A DNA stretch of 64,000 nucleotides from Candidatus Latescibacterota bacterium (GCA_963662665.2 CAXXJS010000020.1:96001-160000); one strand, 5' to 3'; shown: positions 29,236-38,711, numbered from the stretch's first letter. The notes: generated from the letters alone by a model not told the origin. Numbers and translations: made by a program.

Positions 29236-31050
29236 ATGGTCCGCATACCTGAAGATACCGTCGAACAGATTCGAAACTCCGTGGATATCGTCGACGTCAT
29301 TTCCGAATTTGTCGCGCTCAACAAACGGGGCAAGAGCTATCTGGGGCTCTGCCCGTTTCACGACGACCGGACCCCCTCGCTTAACGTCTCCCAGGAGAAA
29401 CAGATTTACAAGTGTTTCTCCTGCGGCGCGGGAGGTAATGCATTCAGGTTCCTGATGGATCTCGAACGCATCAGTTTCATCGAATCCGTACGTAAGCTCG
29501 CGGATCAGGTTGGCATCGTACTGCCGGAATCCAAGGCCGGAAATCCTGCCGAAAAGGACACCAACGACGAAGTCTACAGGACCGTGGAATTCGCACAGAA
29601 GTATTTCCGCCACATGCTGATGCGCCACGCGTCCGGCGAGGGCGCACGCGATTATCTCATCACCCGCGGCGTCTCCGAATCCGCGATGGATGCGTTCCGT
29701 CTGGGATACGCCACCAAAGCCTGGGACGGCCTGCTCAACGCGGCCGGCGGGCGCGGTTTCAGCGCACAGATGCTCGAGCGGGCCGGACTCGTTACACACC
29801 GCGGGGACGGCCGATACTACGACCGCTTTCGCCACCGCGTGATCTTTCCCATCGAATCGCACACGGGCCGGACCGTCGCTTACGGCGCCCGCGCCCTCGA
29901 TCCGGAACAACAGCCCAAATACCTGAACTCTCCGGAGACCCCCATCTACAACAAGAGCGCCACGCTTTACGGCCTCTGGAAGAACCGGGAACCTATCCGT
30001 TCAACCCGGACGGCGGTTGTCGTCGAAGGTTACATGGACCTCGTTGCGCTGGCTCAGTTCGATATCCGCAACGTTGTCGCCTCGTCCGGAACCGCGCTCA
30101 CTCCGGAACATGCGCGTCTGCTCAAGCGGTACGCGGACCTGGCCGTTCTCGTTTTCGACGGCGACGCGGCCGGTACCGCCGCCACCGTCCGTGGTATCGG
30201 CGCACTGGTGGAATCGGGGCTGGAAATTCGCGTGGTCACACTCGACGGCGATCAGGATCCGGACAGCTTCGTCAGGCAGCGGGGTTCGGACGGCTTTAAC
30301 GAATTGACCGAAACCGCTGCGCCGATTATGGACTTTCTCTTCGATTGGGTGCGGTCGCGGGAAGACCTGTCCACGTCGGACGGCAAGACACGTGCCGTTG
30401 AAACCATTTCAGAATTCGTTGCACGCGCGAAGGACAGTACCCGAAGGCGTTTCCTGACTCGGGAAATTGCGGAAAAGCTACAGGTCGAGGAAGCCATCGC
30501 AATCCAGGCGGTCCAGCGCGCGGCGCGTTTCGGAACGGGAAGACGATCGGCAGACGCGGCCGAGACAATATCCGATTCGAGTTCTTTCGATCCCCGCCCA
30601 AGAATGGAGCGGGAACTGATCACGATGATGATGGCGGACGATCGCACGGCCGACACGGTGCTTGCGCAGATTGACGGACGCCATTTCAGCAACGGCGTGT
30701 ACCGCCGGATCGCGGGTATGATCGGGGCGGCGCGAAAGGAGGGGCGGACCGCAGCCGCCGCGTCTCTGCTGAATCGGTGCGAGGACGCCGGCCTGGCCAG
30801 TATCGTATCGGCGCTGTCCATGGAAACCGGCATTCTCAACCCGGAGGCGCAGGTCCCGCTCCAGGATTATCTCACAAGAATGCAGCTCAAGGCCCTGGAC
30901 GCGCGCATCGATGCCCTGGAGTCGCAGCTTCGCAAGGGTGATGTCGGAGCGGATCCGATGGCAATGATGGCCGAACACAAAGATCTGACCCGAAAACGCA
31001 ATGCGCTGTTCGCAGTCCGGCACGGATCAACCCAAACAACACCGCGTTAA
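29236..31050 (+). CDS. dnaG: DNA primase
   Basis: CHC2 zinc finger CPFH.D.TPS...CFSC, KYLNSPET and TOPRIM motifs VEGYMD and FDGD.AG. ATG 29236. Confidence 0.96.
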   Translation: MVRIPEDTVEQIRNSVDIVDVISEFVALNKRGKSYLGLCPFHDDRTPSLNVSQEKQIYKCFSCGAGGNAFRFLMDLERISFIESVRKLADQVGIVLPESKAGNPAEKDTNDEVYRTVEFAQKYFRHMLMRHASGEGARDYLITRGVSESAMDAFRLGYATKAWDGLLNAAGGRGFSAQMLERAGLVTHRGDGRYYDRFRHRVIFPIESHTGRTVAYGARALDPEQQPKYLNSPETPIYNKSATLYGLWKNREPIRSTRTAVVVEGYMDLVALAQFDIRNVVASSGTALTPEHARLLKRYADLAVLVFDGDAAGTAATVRGIGALVESGLEIRVVTLDGDQDPDSFVRQRGSDGFNELTETAAPIMDFLFDWVRSREDLSTSDGKTRAVETISEFVARAKDSTRRRFLTREIAEKLQVEEAIAIQAVQRAARFGTGRRSADAAETISDSSSFDPRPRMERELITMMMADDRTADTVLAQIDGRHFSNGVYRRIAGMIGAARKEGRTAAAASLLNRCEDAGLASIVSALSMETGILNPEAQVPLQDYLTRMQLKALDARIDALESQLRKGDVGADPMAMMAEHKDLTRKRNALFAVRHGSTQTTPR

Positions 31051-31100
31051 CCATAAAAAGCTTGTCCTTTCTGCAAGATCGTGTAAATTTCCCGGTTACC

Positions 31101-31177
31101 GGGCCCTTAGCTCAGTTGGTTAGAGCGGCGGACTCATAATCCGTTGGTCGCAGGTTCGAGTCCTGCAGGGCCCACCA
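31101..31177 (+). tRNA. tRNA-Ile2 (anticodon CAT, lysidine type)
   Basis: GGGCCCTTAGCTCAG...GCGGA-CTCATAA-TCCGT...GGTTCGAGTCC...GGGCCCACCA. The fully paired 1:72 and resemblance to ileX-type tRNAs favour Ile2 over Met. Confidence 0.9.
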
Positions 31178-31184
31178 GAAAATC

Positions 31185-31246
31185 AAAGAGGGAGTCCGAA
31201 GATCCATCGGCTCCCTCTCTGACTTTCAAGGCAGGAATACCTGCCT
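31185..31246. terminator. Hairpins/terminator between tRNA-Ile2 and the convergent island gene
   Basis: AGAGGGAGTCCGA...TCGGCTCCCTCT stem followed by CTGACTTT, then a second hairpin AGGCAGG-AATA-CCTGCCT (31229-31246). Confidence 0.55.
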
Positions 31247-31264
31247 CGACCGCGGTTTCCGAGG

Positions 31265-31921
31265 TCAGAAATCATCAACCGCTGCAGAAGATGAATCTTT
31301 GTCCACGCGATCGGGGCATTCGCTCACGGGTATTTTGCAAAACCCGCATTCCCCGTAACTTGGAACCCTTCTGGATGGTACATTCGATGCCAGCCTGCGT
31401 ATCAGTTCGGAAAATCGCTCGACGAATTTGCCATCGACAGCCGATGACGGGACAGAGACCTCCCGCTCTCCGTAAACAACCCGCCCCTCAAGAACAACAT
31501 CCTTGTATTTCTCGGGAAACGCTTTGGAAACGGCATACATGTAAAGCATTACCTGAACGTGGTCTGATGTCCTGGGTTGACCCGTCTTGATGTCGACAAT
31601 GATGCCGTGATTTCCCTTCACCGCGATTAAATCGGGCTTTCCCCCAACCGTCGCTGTCCTTCCCTTGAGGTGGAAGGAATTCTGAGACTCGGTTGACACG
31701 TCAAAGCCTCTGCCTTCAAGCATTTCCTGGTACTTATTTCTCGCCGCCGTATGTTCGATTAACCAGGCGGTCGAATCGAAATCACCAGGCAACGCAGTCC
31801 AGCTCTTCCTGTCATGCTGGGCCTGAAACCAGCCGGCCCACTCGCATGACGCTTCGCCCGTAAGCAACTTCGTCAACCACGTCACCCAGATATACGGTAG
31901 ACCAGGTCTTTTTTCCGCCAT
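31265..31921 (-). CDS. PD-(D/E)XK nuclease, Cas4/AddB-like with putative Fe-S staple
   Basis: GKPDLI...DIKTG...QVMLY RecB-type motifs, one N-terminal Cys (SCEW) and C-terminal CGFC...C. Confidence 0.8.
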   Translation of the reverse strand: MAEKRPGLPYIWVTWLTKLLTGEASCEWAGWFQAQHDRKSWTALPGDFDSTAWLIEHTAARNKYQEMLEGRGFDVSTESQNSFHLKGRTATVGGKPDLIAVKGNHGIIVDIKTGQPRTSDHVQVMLYMYAVSKAFPEKYKDVVLEGRVVYGEREVSVPSSAVDGKFVERFSELIRRLASNVPSRRVPSYGECGFCKIPVSECPDRVDKDSSSAAVDDF

Positions 31922-31962
31922 CTTCCTCTCACTTTCGAAGCGCTCGATCGCATTGCGCCTAT

Positions 31963-34059
31963 CTACGAGACAATATCCCCCTGGCGTATTTGCGATCCGA
32001 GGTCATCCAGAAATTCGGAAGCGGGCTTCACGCCGGAAACCATCAGGTGGTCACGAGCACGGGTGCACGCAACATACAACAGGTGTCTCTCCGTGTTATA
32101 AACCTCCTCAAGGTCCGAGTTGTCCGCGACCGTCTCAATGCGGTCCTGTTGCGGGATCACTTCGTCGTCACACGCCATTACGGCAACGGCTCGAAACCCA
32201 AGCCCCTTGGCAAGGTGCATGGTCGCAACAGACACCCGGCCCGTGGCCGTTTCACTGCATTCATCCACAATCCGGAAAGGAAACCCCGATCCCTGTACCG
32301 TCTCACGCGCTCGGTCCAGTTCCTCCGCCGATCTAACAAACACGCCCATTTCACCGGTATCGACCCCCTTGTCCTCCAACGCCTTAAGCCAATCTCCGAT
32401 GGCCTGGCCCTCCTGCTGCGCATTATCGAACAAGGTTATTTCAGGTGGTTCGCCATTAAACGCCGAGACCGCCCCCCGGCGATCGTCGACGTTACCGTCC
32501 ACGTCGGCGACTTCCGATCCCAGGAGTCGATCCGCCTGCATCCTGATCTGATGGGACGTTCTATAATTCAACGTTAGTGTCTCGGATCTCCCACGGATAT
32601 CGACCCCAGCTGCCTTCCAGGAAAACGGCGCCTGAAAAATCCGTTGCCCGAGGTCGCCTGCGAAGAAGAGGCCATTCGGCCTTTGGCCACCCATTGCTGC
32701 CAGAAGACGAAGTTGGGCAACTCCAATTTCCTGAGCCTCATCCACGACAATGAAATCATACGGTGGATGGCGACGCTCGGTGAGTCCATCTGCCAGTTTG
32801 CCACACATGCCGGACTGAGTCATCAGATCCTGTTTCTGCAACTCGCCCTTGACACCCTCAAATATGCCCCACAGCCTCGATCGCTGCTCGATGGGCTGAC
32901 GCGGCTTTCGCCCGAGTCGTCTGACATCGCGATAGGCCTCCCATCTATTCAATTGCCATGCGTCAACGACGTTCTCCCACTCATCCATCAGGAACGGGAC
33001 AGAAAATCGATACGACTCCTCCTTGTTTGCCTGTTCAGCCAGGAACTTTCGAACGACCTGCATTGTCGCAATTTTCGCGACACCGAACTGCGCCTTGTAG
33101 AGTCGCTCGCAGACTTGATGAATCGCGGCGACTTCCAGGCGCTCCATGAGTCGCGGTTCATCGCGAATCAGCCGCCTGACCCTCAAGCGGAGAAATTCGG
33201 CAAGGGTGTCGGAGAACGTTGTCAGCAGAACCCGTGCCTCCGGATTCGTGCGTACCAAGAATACAGCCCGATGAATTGCGACAGCCGTCTTTCCCGTGCC
33301 TGCAGTTCCGGATACCCGAAAAGGACCGTCGAAATTCCTCTCCACGATCTTTCGCTGCGTGGGGTGGAGAAAAATCGCCCATTTCGACCAAGGAAAGTCG
33401 AGCGCAAGTTCGAGCTCTTGTTCGTCCGGCACCAGTTGAAATCGTCGCTGTGCGTCGGGGTGCTCGAACGGATCGACGGAACCAACCGGCGCCGCCGGCT
33501 TCGGTGTCTCACCAACTGCGATCTGCAGCAACGCCTCGGCTGCTTCATCGGGAAGGTGCTCTGCCAACTCCAAGAGGTTGTCTTCATTTGCGTTACGTAC
33601 GTCTTCCAGCCATTCCGGCGGAACACCGTATCTCAAGAGATCCTCTTCCGGGGTCGCGGCGAACAGGAATAGCTTGACCGTCGGTTTCTGTTGCGGTTCC
33701 ACATAAACCGGCACCTCAATTTCCTTAACCGTTTCCTTTACTTCGACCAATTGGGCTGCTCCGGTTCTTGGATGGACTTCCAATTTACGCTTTTCGGCCC
33801 ACTTGTAAGCGTTGTCGTGGTGATCCACGTAGCACATCATCAGGCTCTTGGGTGTCCGATGCACAATGATTCGAACGTCCCGATTTACGCGAACGGACCA
33901 GAAATTTGGGTCTTTGGCTCTGTCAACCCTGTGGAATTTCAATCCAGGCTGAGCCGGATTCATCTGCAAATCAAAGGCCGCGGTTTTCACGGCCTTTTGT
34001 TCGTTTCCCGTCAGCCTGGCGAGGCTGTCGGTGAATGTGTCTGCTATTCGGAATTCCAT
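31963..34059 (-). CDS. UvrD-like SF1 helicase with N-terminal RelE-like domain
   Basis: N-terminus ..PGLKFHRV..AKDPNFWSVRVNRDVRIIVH resembles the RelE/ParE fold. Helicase motifs GTAGTGKT, VVDEAQE, GDLGQRIF, NYRT and LLYVACTRAR. ATG 34059 (alternative GTG 34071). Confidence 0.85.
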   Translation of the reverse strand: MEFRIADTFTDSLARLTGNEQKAVKTAAFDLQMNPAQPGLKFHRVDRAKDPNFWSVRVNRDVRIIVHRTPKSLMMCYVDHHDNAYKWAEKRKLEVHPRTGAAQLVEVKETVKEIEVPVYVEPQQKPTVKLFLFAATPEEDLLRYGVPPEWLEDVRNANEDNLLELAEHLPDEAAEALLQIAVGETPKPAAPVGSVDPFEHPDAQRRFQLVPDEQELELALDFPWSKWAIFLHPTQRKIVERNFDGPFRVSGTAGTGKTAVAIHRAVFLVRTNPEARVLLTTFSDTLAEFLRLRVRRLIRDEPRLMERLEVAAIHQVCERLYKAQFGVAKIATMQVVRKFLAEQANKEESYRFSVPFLMDEWENVVDAWQLNRWEAYRDVRRLGRKPRQPIEQRSRLWGIFEGVKGELQKQDLMTQSGMCGKLADGLTERRHPPYDFIVVDEAQEIGVAQLRLLAAMGGQRPNGLFFAGDLGQRIFQAPFSWKAAGVDIRGRSETLTLNYRTSHQIRMQADRLLGSEVADVDGNVDDRRGAVSAFNGEPPEITLFDNAQQEGQAIGDWLKALEDKGVDTGEMGVFVRSAEELDRARETVQGSGFPFRIVDECSETATGRVSVATMHLAKGLGFRAVAVMACDDEVIPQQDRIETVADNSDLEEVYNTERHLLYVACTRARDHLMVSGVKPASEFLDDLGSQIRQGDIVS

Positions 34060-34418
34060 TTCGGCTTCCACCAGGTTTCACGATCCCATTCGATTGGGCA
34101 TCGTAATGCGCGGTCAGAAGAGTAATCATGTGGGACGGCGTTCGGCTCATGGAAATATCGCGGCCTACAGACACGATTGTGAAAATGTGGTAGCAGAGAC
34201 GACCTACAGTCTTTCCGGAATCAGTATGTGCCGAGAATAACTAAGCTATATCACTGAAATCGCGCTGTCGTAGAATGGCGATGTTGATTTTCTGCCGATT
34301 TCTATAAAAGATATCGGTGAATATACAACATACGCGATAGCTGATTTTGGCGAACCTGCAGTGAGACGTGAAGCAAGTTGGCCCACGCTTCGTAGTGGGC
34401 GGGCGTGTTTAGCGGGGA

Positions 34419-35312
34419 CTAACCACGCCAGAATCTAAACTCATCCTTGATGTCGGCTCGATCGTATTGTTTTTCAAAGACGGATTTAAGCCAAACTAAA
34501 TCCCAGCCAAAAAGCCTGAAGCAAGTCCACGAGGCACGAGCAAACCATTCGAAAGTTAGAAAAACCAGGTACACAGCGCTCTTGGGATCGAGACAGGGTA
34601 TGGAAATTTCACCATCGCCTGTGTGTACCAGTCTCTTCGAGCTAAGGCTCAACATTGCGAATTCATTACCGTGGGCAACGGAAGATAACATCGCATAATC
34701 AAAACCGGCATCGAGTGTAGAGTCAATTCGTTTTGAGATGGGAACCGGTCCCGATCCGAAGCCCCACAATTCACCTCGTCTGTTCTTTTTGTCAGATAAA
34801 CCTACACTCCTTGCCTCGATTCGTAGGTATTGAATTCTGCGATCAATTTTACGGGCTAACTCGCTATTACCTTGTGTACTCTCAACGCCCAATGGCGAGG
34901 CCATTTCCTTGCGGACAAGCCTTTTCTGCACGTATTGCTCCTGCAATCTGATGTTCAAGCTTCGGCTAACGCGCTCCTTAGAATCAATCTCTGAGTCGAG
35001 TAGCCACACGGCCATTGAGCAAGACTCAAGTACACCCCGTGAGCAGATCCACGGTGTACAACTCAATACATTTGGTTCAGGCGTCAGTACTCTCCTCAAC
35101 CCTGACATAAGGTCGGGTGAAACGAGCAGCATCTGCCGAACGCCCTGGTTATATGCAACCTGGAGCGCTCTCTCATTCGTAGAGTCCAAAAGCTCCACTG
35201 ATGCTATGGATCCTTTAAGTGGACTATAGGAATAGTGAGAGGCCATTCGCCGAATCACATTCGGCATTTCATCTAAACCAATAGCGGCTTCAAGAATCTT
35301 TTCCCAAACCAT
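34419..35312 (-). CDS. Hypothetical protein, possibly HEPN-like (DUF5677-type)
   Basis: 297-aa ORF in an AT-richer segment, with R.VLE...AVWL and Y..LS..AH motifs. Confidence 0.5.
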   Translation of the reverse strand: MVWEKILEAAIGLDEMPNVIRRMASHYSYSPLKGSIASVELLDSTNERALQVAYNQGVRQMLLVSPDLMSGLRRVLTPEPNVLSCTPWICSRGVLESCSMAVWLLDSEIDSKERVSRSLNIRLQEQYVQKRLVRKEMASPLGVESTQGNSELARKIDRRIQYLRIEARSVGLSDKKNRRGELWGFGSGPVPISKRIDSTLDAGFDYAMLSSVAHGNEFAMLSLSSKRLVHTGDGEISIPCLDPKSAVYLVFLTFEWFARASWTCFRLFGWDLVWLKSVFEKQYDRADIKDEFRFWRG

Positions 35313-35406
35313 TGCTATACCGACTATTGCTGAATTCAGTGCTTCTCTCTGAATGGTTGAGTTCCAATATTGCAGTTCAAGGGGACATAGTTTGGCAAAA
35401 GCCTAG

Positions 35407-37038
35407 GAGTCTGCGCCGCAGGAGTTTTTACAAAGGGCGAGGTGTGTCCGTGAGTCGGGTTGGTCGTTATGTTGGGAGTGGTATGATGAGTTTTGGGTAC
35501 GGTGATCGTTGCAGGCAGGCGTGTTGAGGGCGAGATTCCAGGGATCGTGGCTTCCCGTATGTCGAGTCCATAAGGACAGGACACCCGAAAACATGCTTCA
35601 ACACATCGACAACGCTGCCATCCGCTTGACGTTCAACGCGAGGCAGACCAGATCCCACTCGGCACGCACCTTTTCCAGCCCCCGGAAGCTGAAGCGCCGG
35701 AAGCCCAATACCTCCTTGATCCATCCGTTGGGCGCCTCCGAGAGCCACTTGCGCTTCGCATACAGGCCCCGACCTTCCGGGCTGGTGAGCTTCTCGCCCA
35801 TGCGATGGGTCGCCGGAAGCGTCTCCGAATCGACGTCCACCTTTTCCTTGCCCTCCCGCCCCAGCGCCACGTAACCATCAATGCCACGCTCCTCAAGCGT
35901 GGCCAGGTCCTCCTCGTTGCAGTAGCCCGCATCCGCCAGAACCGCGTCCGGCTTGACCCCGAATGTCTCTTGCACACCATCCAGCAAGGGGAGCATAAAG
36001 CCCTGATCGGTGGCCTGTGACCCCAGATGTGCAGCCACGATGATCTGACGCTCGGCGTCCACCACCGTCTGCGCGTTGTAGCACTGCTGGAACCCCTCCG
36101 CGCTCGTCTTCATGATCCGAGACTCGGGGTCCGTGAAGTTGCTCTGAGCCTTCGGGTCGGGCTCGCCATAGGCTCTTTTGTAAGGCCGCCCGCCCTTCGG
36201 GTTGCGCTTCTGACCCGGTTTGCGCCCGCGCGCATCGTCGACGGCTCGTTGCGATGCTTCCAGACGCTCCCTCGCCGCCCTGATCGCCGCCAGACGAGCC
36301 TGCCTGCGCTGCAACTCGACCGGCAACTCGTCGCCACGAACATCCACGCCGTAACGTGCATCCTCCTCGGCATCAATCGACACAGCACCCGAAAGCAACG
36401 CCCCGATCTCTTTCTCCAGACGAGCCTGTTCCTTCAACATCCGCTCGTAACTCATGGCCTTGCGCTTGCTGGCCTTCGCTCGTACCTTCGTGCCGTCTAA
36501 AGATAACGTCCCGAAACGTACCAGGCCCATCTCCCGTGCCACACCAACCACCTCCACGAACAAACGCCCGAAATCTTCCAGGTGACGACGCCGAAACTCG
36601 CAGATCGTCCGGTGTTGTGGGAAATTGCCCGCCGCCAACATACGAAACGCCACGTCCTCCTCCAGCTTCCGAGCGATCGCTCGAGACGAATACACTCCCG
36701 TCGCGTACCCATAGATCAATACCTTCAACATCATCGATGGATCATATGGCGCATTGCGACGACCATCGCCTTCATAGGGCGCGTAGAACGACCCCAGATC
36801 CAGGGAATCCACCAGATCGCTCACCTGGTGCGACAGATGACCTTCAGGCACCCACTCCCGAAGATCCGGCGCCAACAGCAATATCTGGTCCGGGTGATAC
36901 GGTCGAAACGTTGTCGGCATGGATCGCTCCCTCCCCTGACATAACACACAACGATACCCTTGACATATACCAACTACACGACCCATTATACCTACAACTA
37001 CATGTCCATTGAAATGAATTTTCCTGCGGCGCAGACTC
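35407..37038 (-). mobile_element. IS1182 family insertion sequence (1632 bp)
   Basis: Perfect 17-bp terminal IRs GAGTCTGCGCCGCAGGA (35407-35423 and 37022-37038), CTAG on both flanks (35403-35406, 37039-37042) and a single transposase. Confidence 0.93.
35598..36920 (-). CDS. IS1182 family DDE transposase
   Basis: YDPSMMLKVLIYGY..G..SSR.I, LDGTKVRA.AS, NFTDPESRIM, LADAGY and E...GWIK..LGFRRFS.RG motifs. GGAG RBS before ATG 36920. Confidence 0.93.
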   Translation of the reverse strand: MPTTFRPYHPDQILLLAPDLREWVPEGHLSHQVSDLVDSLDLGSFYAPYEGDGRRNAPYDPSMMLKVLIYGYATGVYSSRAIARKLEEDVAFRMLAAGNFPQHRTICEFRRRHLEDFGRLFVEVVGVAREMGLVRFGTLSLDGTKVRAKASKRKAMSYERMLKEQARLEKEIGALLSGAVSIDAEEDARYGVDVRGDELPVELQRRQARLAAIRAARERLEASQRAVDDARGRKPGQKRNPKGGRPYKRAYGEPDPKAQSNFTDPESRIMKTSAEGFQQCYNAQTVVDAERQIIVAAHLGSQATDQGFMLPLLDGVQETFGVKPDAVLADAGYCNEEDLATLEERGIDGYVALGREGKEKVDVDSETLPATHRMGEKLTSPEGRGLYAKRKWLSEAPNGWIKEVLGFRRFSFRGLEKVRAEWDLVCLALNVKRMAALSMC

Positions 37039-38365
37039 CTAGACAAGCAAGTCTTCCAACGGTGCCTCTGGCCGTGATTATCGTTGTTCCCATCGGAAGT
37101 AGTTTTGCGGCGCTTTTGTCAATTCCAGTTTGAGTGATGTTTCTTTCAGTTTCCAGGACAAACACATCGCTTAAGCTGGGAGAGTCCTTAGGGGTGTACC
37201 AGGGAATGTCTCCGTCCCAGTAATCGGCCACAGATGTGCGGGGCGTTCCACCGCTTAGGAGTTCGATGGCATCATCCAGAACGCCCACCTCCCACCCCTC
37301 CGGTATCTCGCCGAGTTCCGAGTCGACGAGCCGGTCGGGGAAGAGGTCGACGATGTTTTTGTTCATCTTGTCGAGATACGCACGCGCTCGCTCCTTTGTC
37401 CAATCACTTTGATCAGAGTGGGGCGAGGCGAGCGCTGCCTTCGCCCTGACCGGGTCGAAGTCCACAAACCACGACTTGAACAGCGCCCGCGCCATCTCCT
37501 CCAGCGTCTCGTTCATCCGCCGGTTCAATTCAATCTTGTCGTCCAGCGTGCCCAGGACATGGGCGATTGCTGATTGCTCAGTCCGATCCCTTGGTGCACT
37601 AAAGGGCGCCGCCGCCATAGTTGATGCACTTGCATTCGGCTGGGCGGATTTGTCACCCAGAACACCACTCATGTAATTCCCGAATGCCGTTGATTTCAGA
37701 TAGTAACCGATGAACCGTGAATCGAACTCCGGTTTCGCCTTAAGGCGAACCAGATAGGAGGCAAACACCGAATCCGGAGGGTCGTTTATATACGCACTTG
37801 CACCAGTCGACGCTCCAGTCCGCGCTATAACAATGTCACCATTGCAGAGCTGGTACTTCTCCAAAGTCTCATCGTCAGTTTCTACGTGGGGCACAGTATT
37901 CCAGTTAAGCTGCCCAGACACTATATCGGTAATTCTGAGGAACTTGGGTCCAAGCGGGCTATTAGATGCGGATGCTGTTAGTCCATAGTCAATGGCATTG
38001 CACGTGTCTGCCAGAGTGCAATCTATCCACTCACCATCCGTGGTATCCTTCGTACCCTTATCCTGCAATACCACATGTTTCCTCTCGATTTCCCGGTGGA
38101 AGCTTTCTGGCAGTCTCGCCCAATCGTGCGCTTGTACGAGGATAGGGATGTTCGATTCCTCTATCGCTTGCAGCAGGCTAAAGAAGCCTTCGCCCAGGGG
38201 CTCCAGTCCCGGGCTTCTAACGACCAGATCCAGGTCGCTTCCTTCGTGACTTTCCCCGGTGATGCGGCTGCCGTACGCCCAGACCTCGGCCTCTGGGACG
38301 TGCTCACGCAGAAGCCCCTCAAGGATGCGCGTGTATCGCTGCGGCAGATGCAATCTGTCAGTCAT
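36998..38365 (-). pseudogene. hsdS: Type I RM specificity subunit fused to an N-terminal minimal nucleotidyltransferase domain, truncated by IS1182
   Basis: MNT motif AYGSR...SDLDL, then TRD1 (FLRITDI, GDIVIARTG), the conserved LDDKIELNRRMNETLEEMARALFKSWF segment, and a partial TRD2 (GGTP, ITARGTVG) interrupted at CTAG 37039-37042. The last ~12 residues are IS-derived. Confidence 0.88.
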
Positions 38366-38405
38366 CGATGCCCTCTGCGATGATTCTCGTCAACTCCCTG
38401 ACGTC

Positions 38406-38440
38406 CGCCCTCACCCGACGCGCAGCGCCGGGTGAGGGCG
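38406..38440. repeat. Palindromic head-to-head copy of the island repeat core
   Basis: CGCCCTCACCCGACGCGCAGCGCCGGGTGAGGGCG has 12-bp perfect outer arms and the same core as the hsdM repeats. Confidence 0.85.
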
Positions 38441-38452
38441 TGCTCCATAGCT

Positions 38453-38632
38453 CTAGGCTTCAGGCACGGGCTCACCGTCTTCTCTCATTCCTTCAATATG
38501 GAATTCAATTGCCTCGCGAATCTCTTCCAGCAACGCTTCCCGCGTGTTCGCGGTAGCGACGCAGCCTGGCAGGTCGGGCACGTAAGCCGCGTAGTTGTTC
38601 GGGGTACTCTCGATTATGACAGTGTAATTCAA
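38453..38632 (-). CDS. hicB: HicB family antitoxin (59 aa, below the ORF-track cutoff)
   Basis: Manual translation from TTG 38632: MNYTVIIESTPNNYAAYVPDLPGCVATANTREALLEEIREAIEFHIEGMREDGEPVPEA*. It contains the PDLPGC...EAI..H HicB signature and has an AAGGA RBS. Confidence 0.85.
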   Translation of the reverse strand: MNYTVIIESTPNNYAAYVPDLPGCVATANTREALLEEIREAIEFHIEGMREDGEPVPEA

Positions 38633-38711
38633 GGGTTGATTTTTTCCTTCTGCCCGAATCGCGACGGGTTGCGGCCGCGCGAGTCATGGTTCGAGGCGAT
38701 AGCACTCCGTT

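Noticed and set aside
31101-31177. tRNA-Met assignment for the CAT anticodon
   Set aside because: It lacks the initiator C1:A72 mismatch and the GGG/CCC anticodon stem, and resembles ileX-type tRNA-Ile2. Elongator Met cannot be fully excluded without a covariance model.
31265-31921. Cas4 as evidence of a CRISPR-Cas locus
   Set aside because: No other cas genes or array in the window; treated as a stand-alone Cas4-like nuclease.
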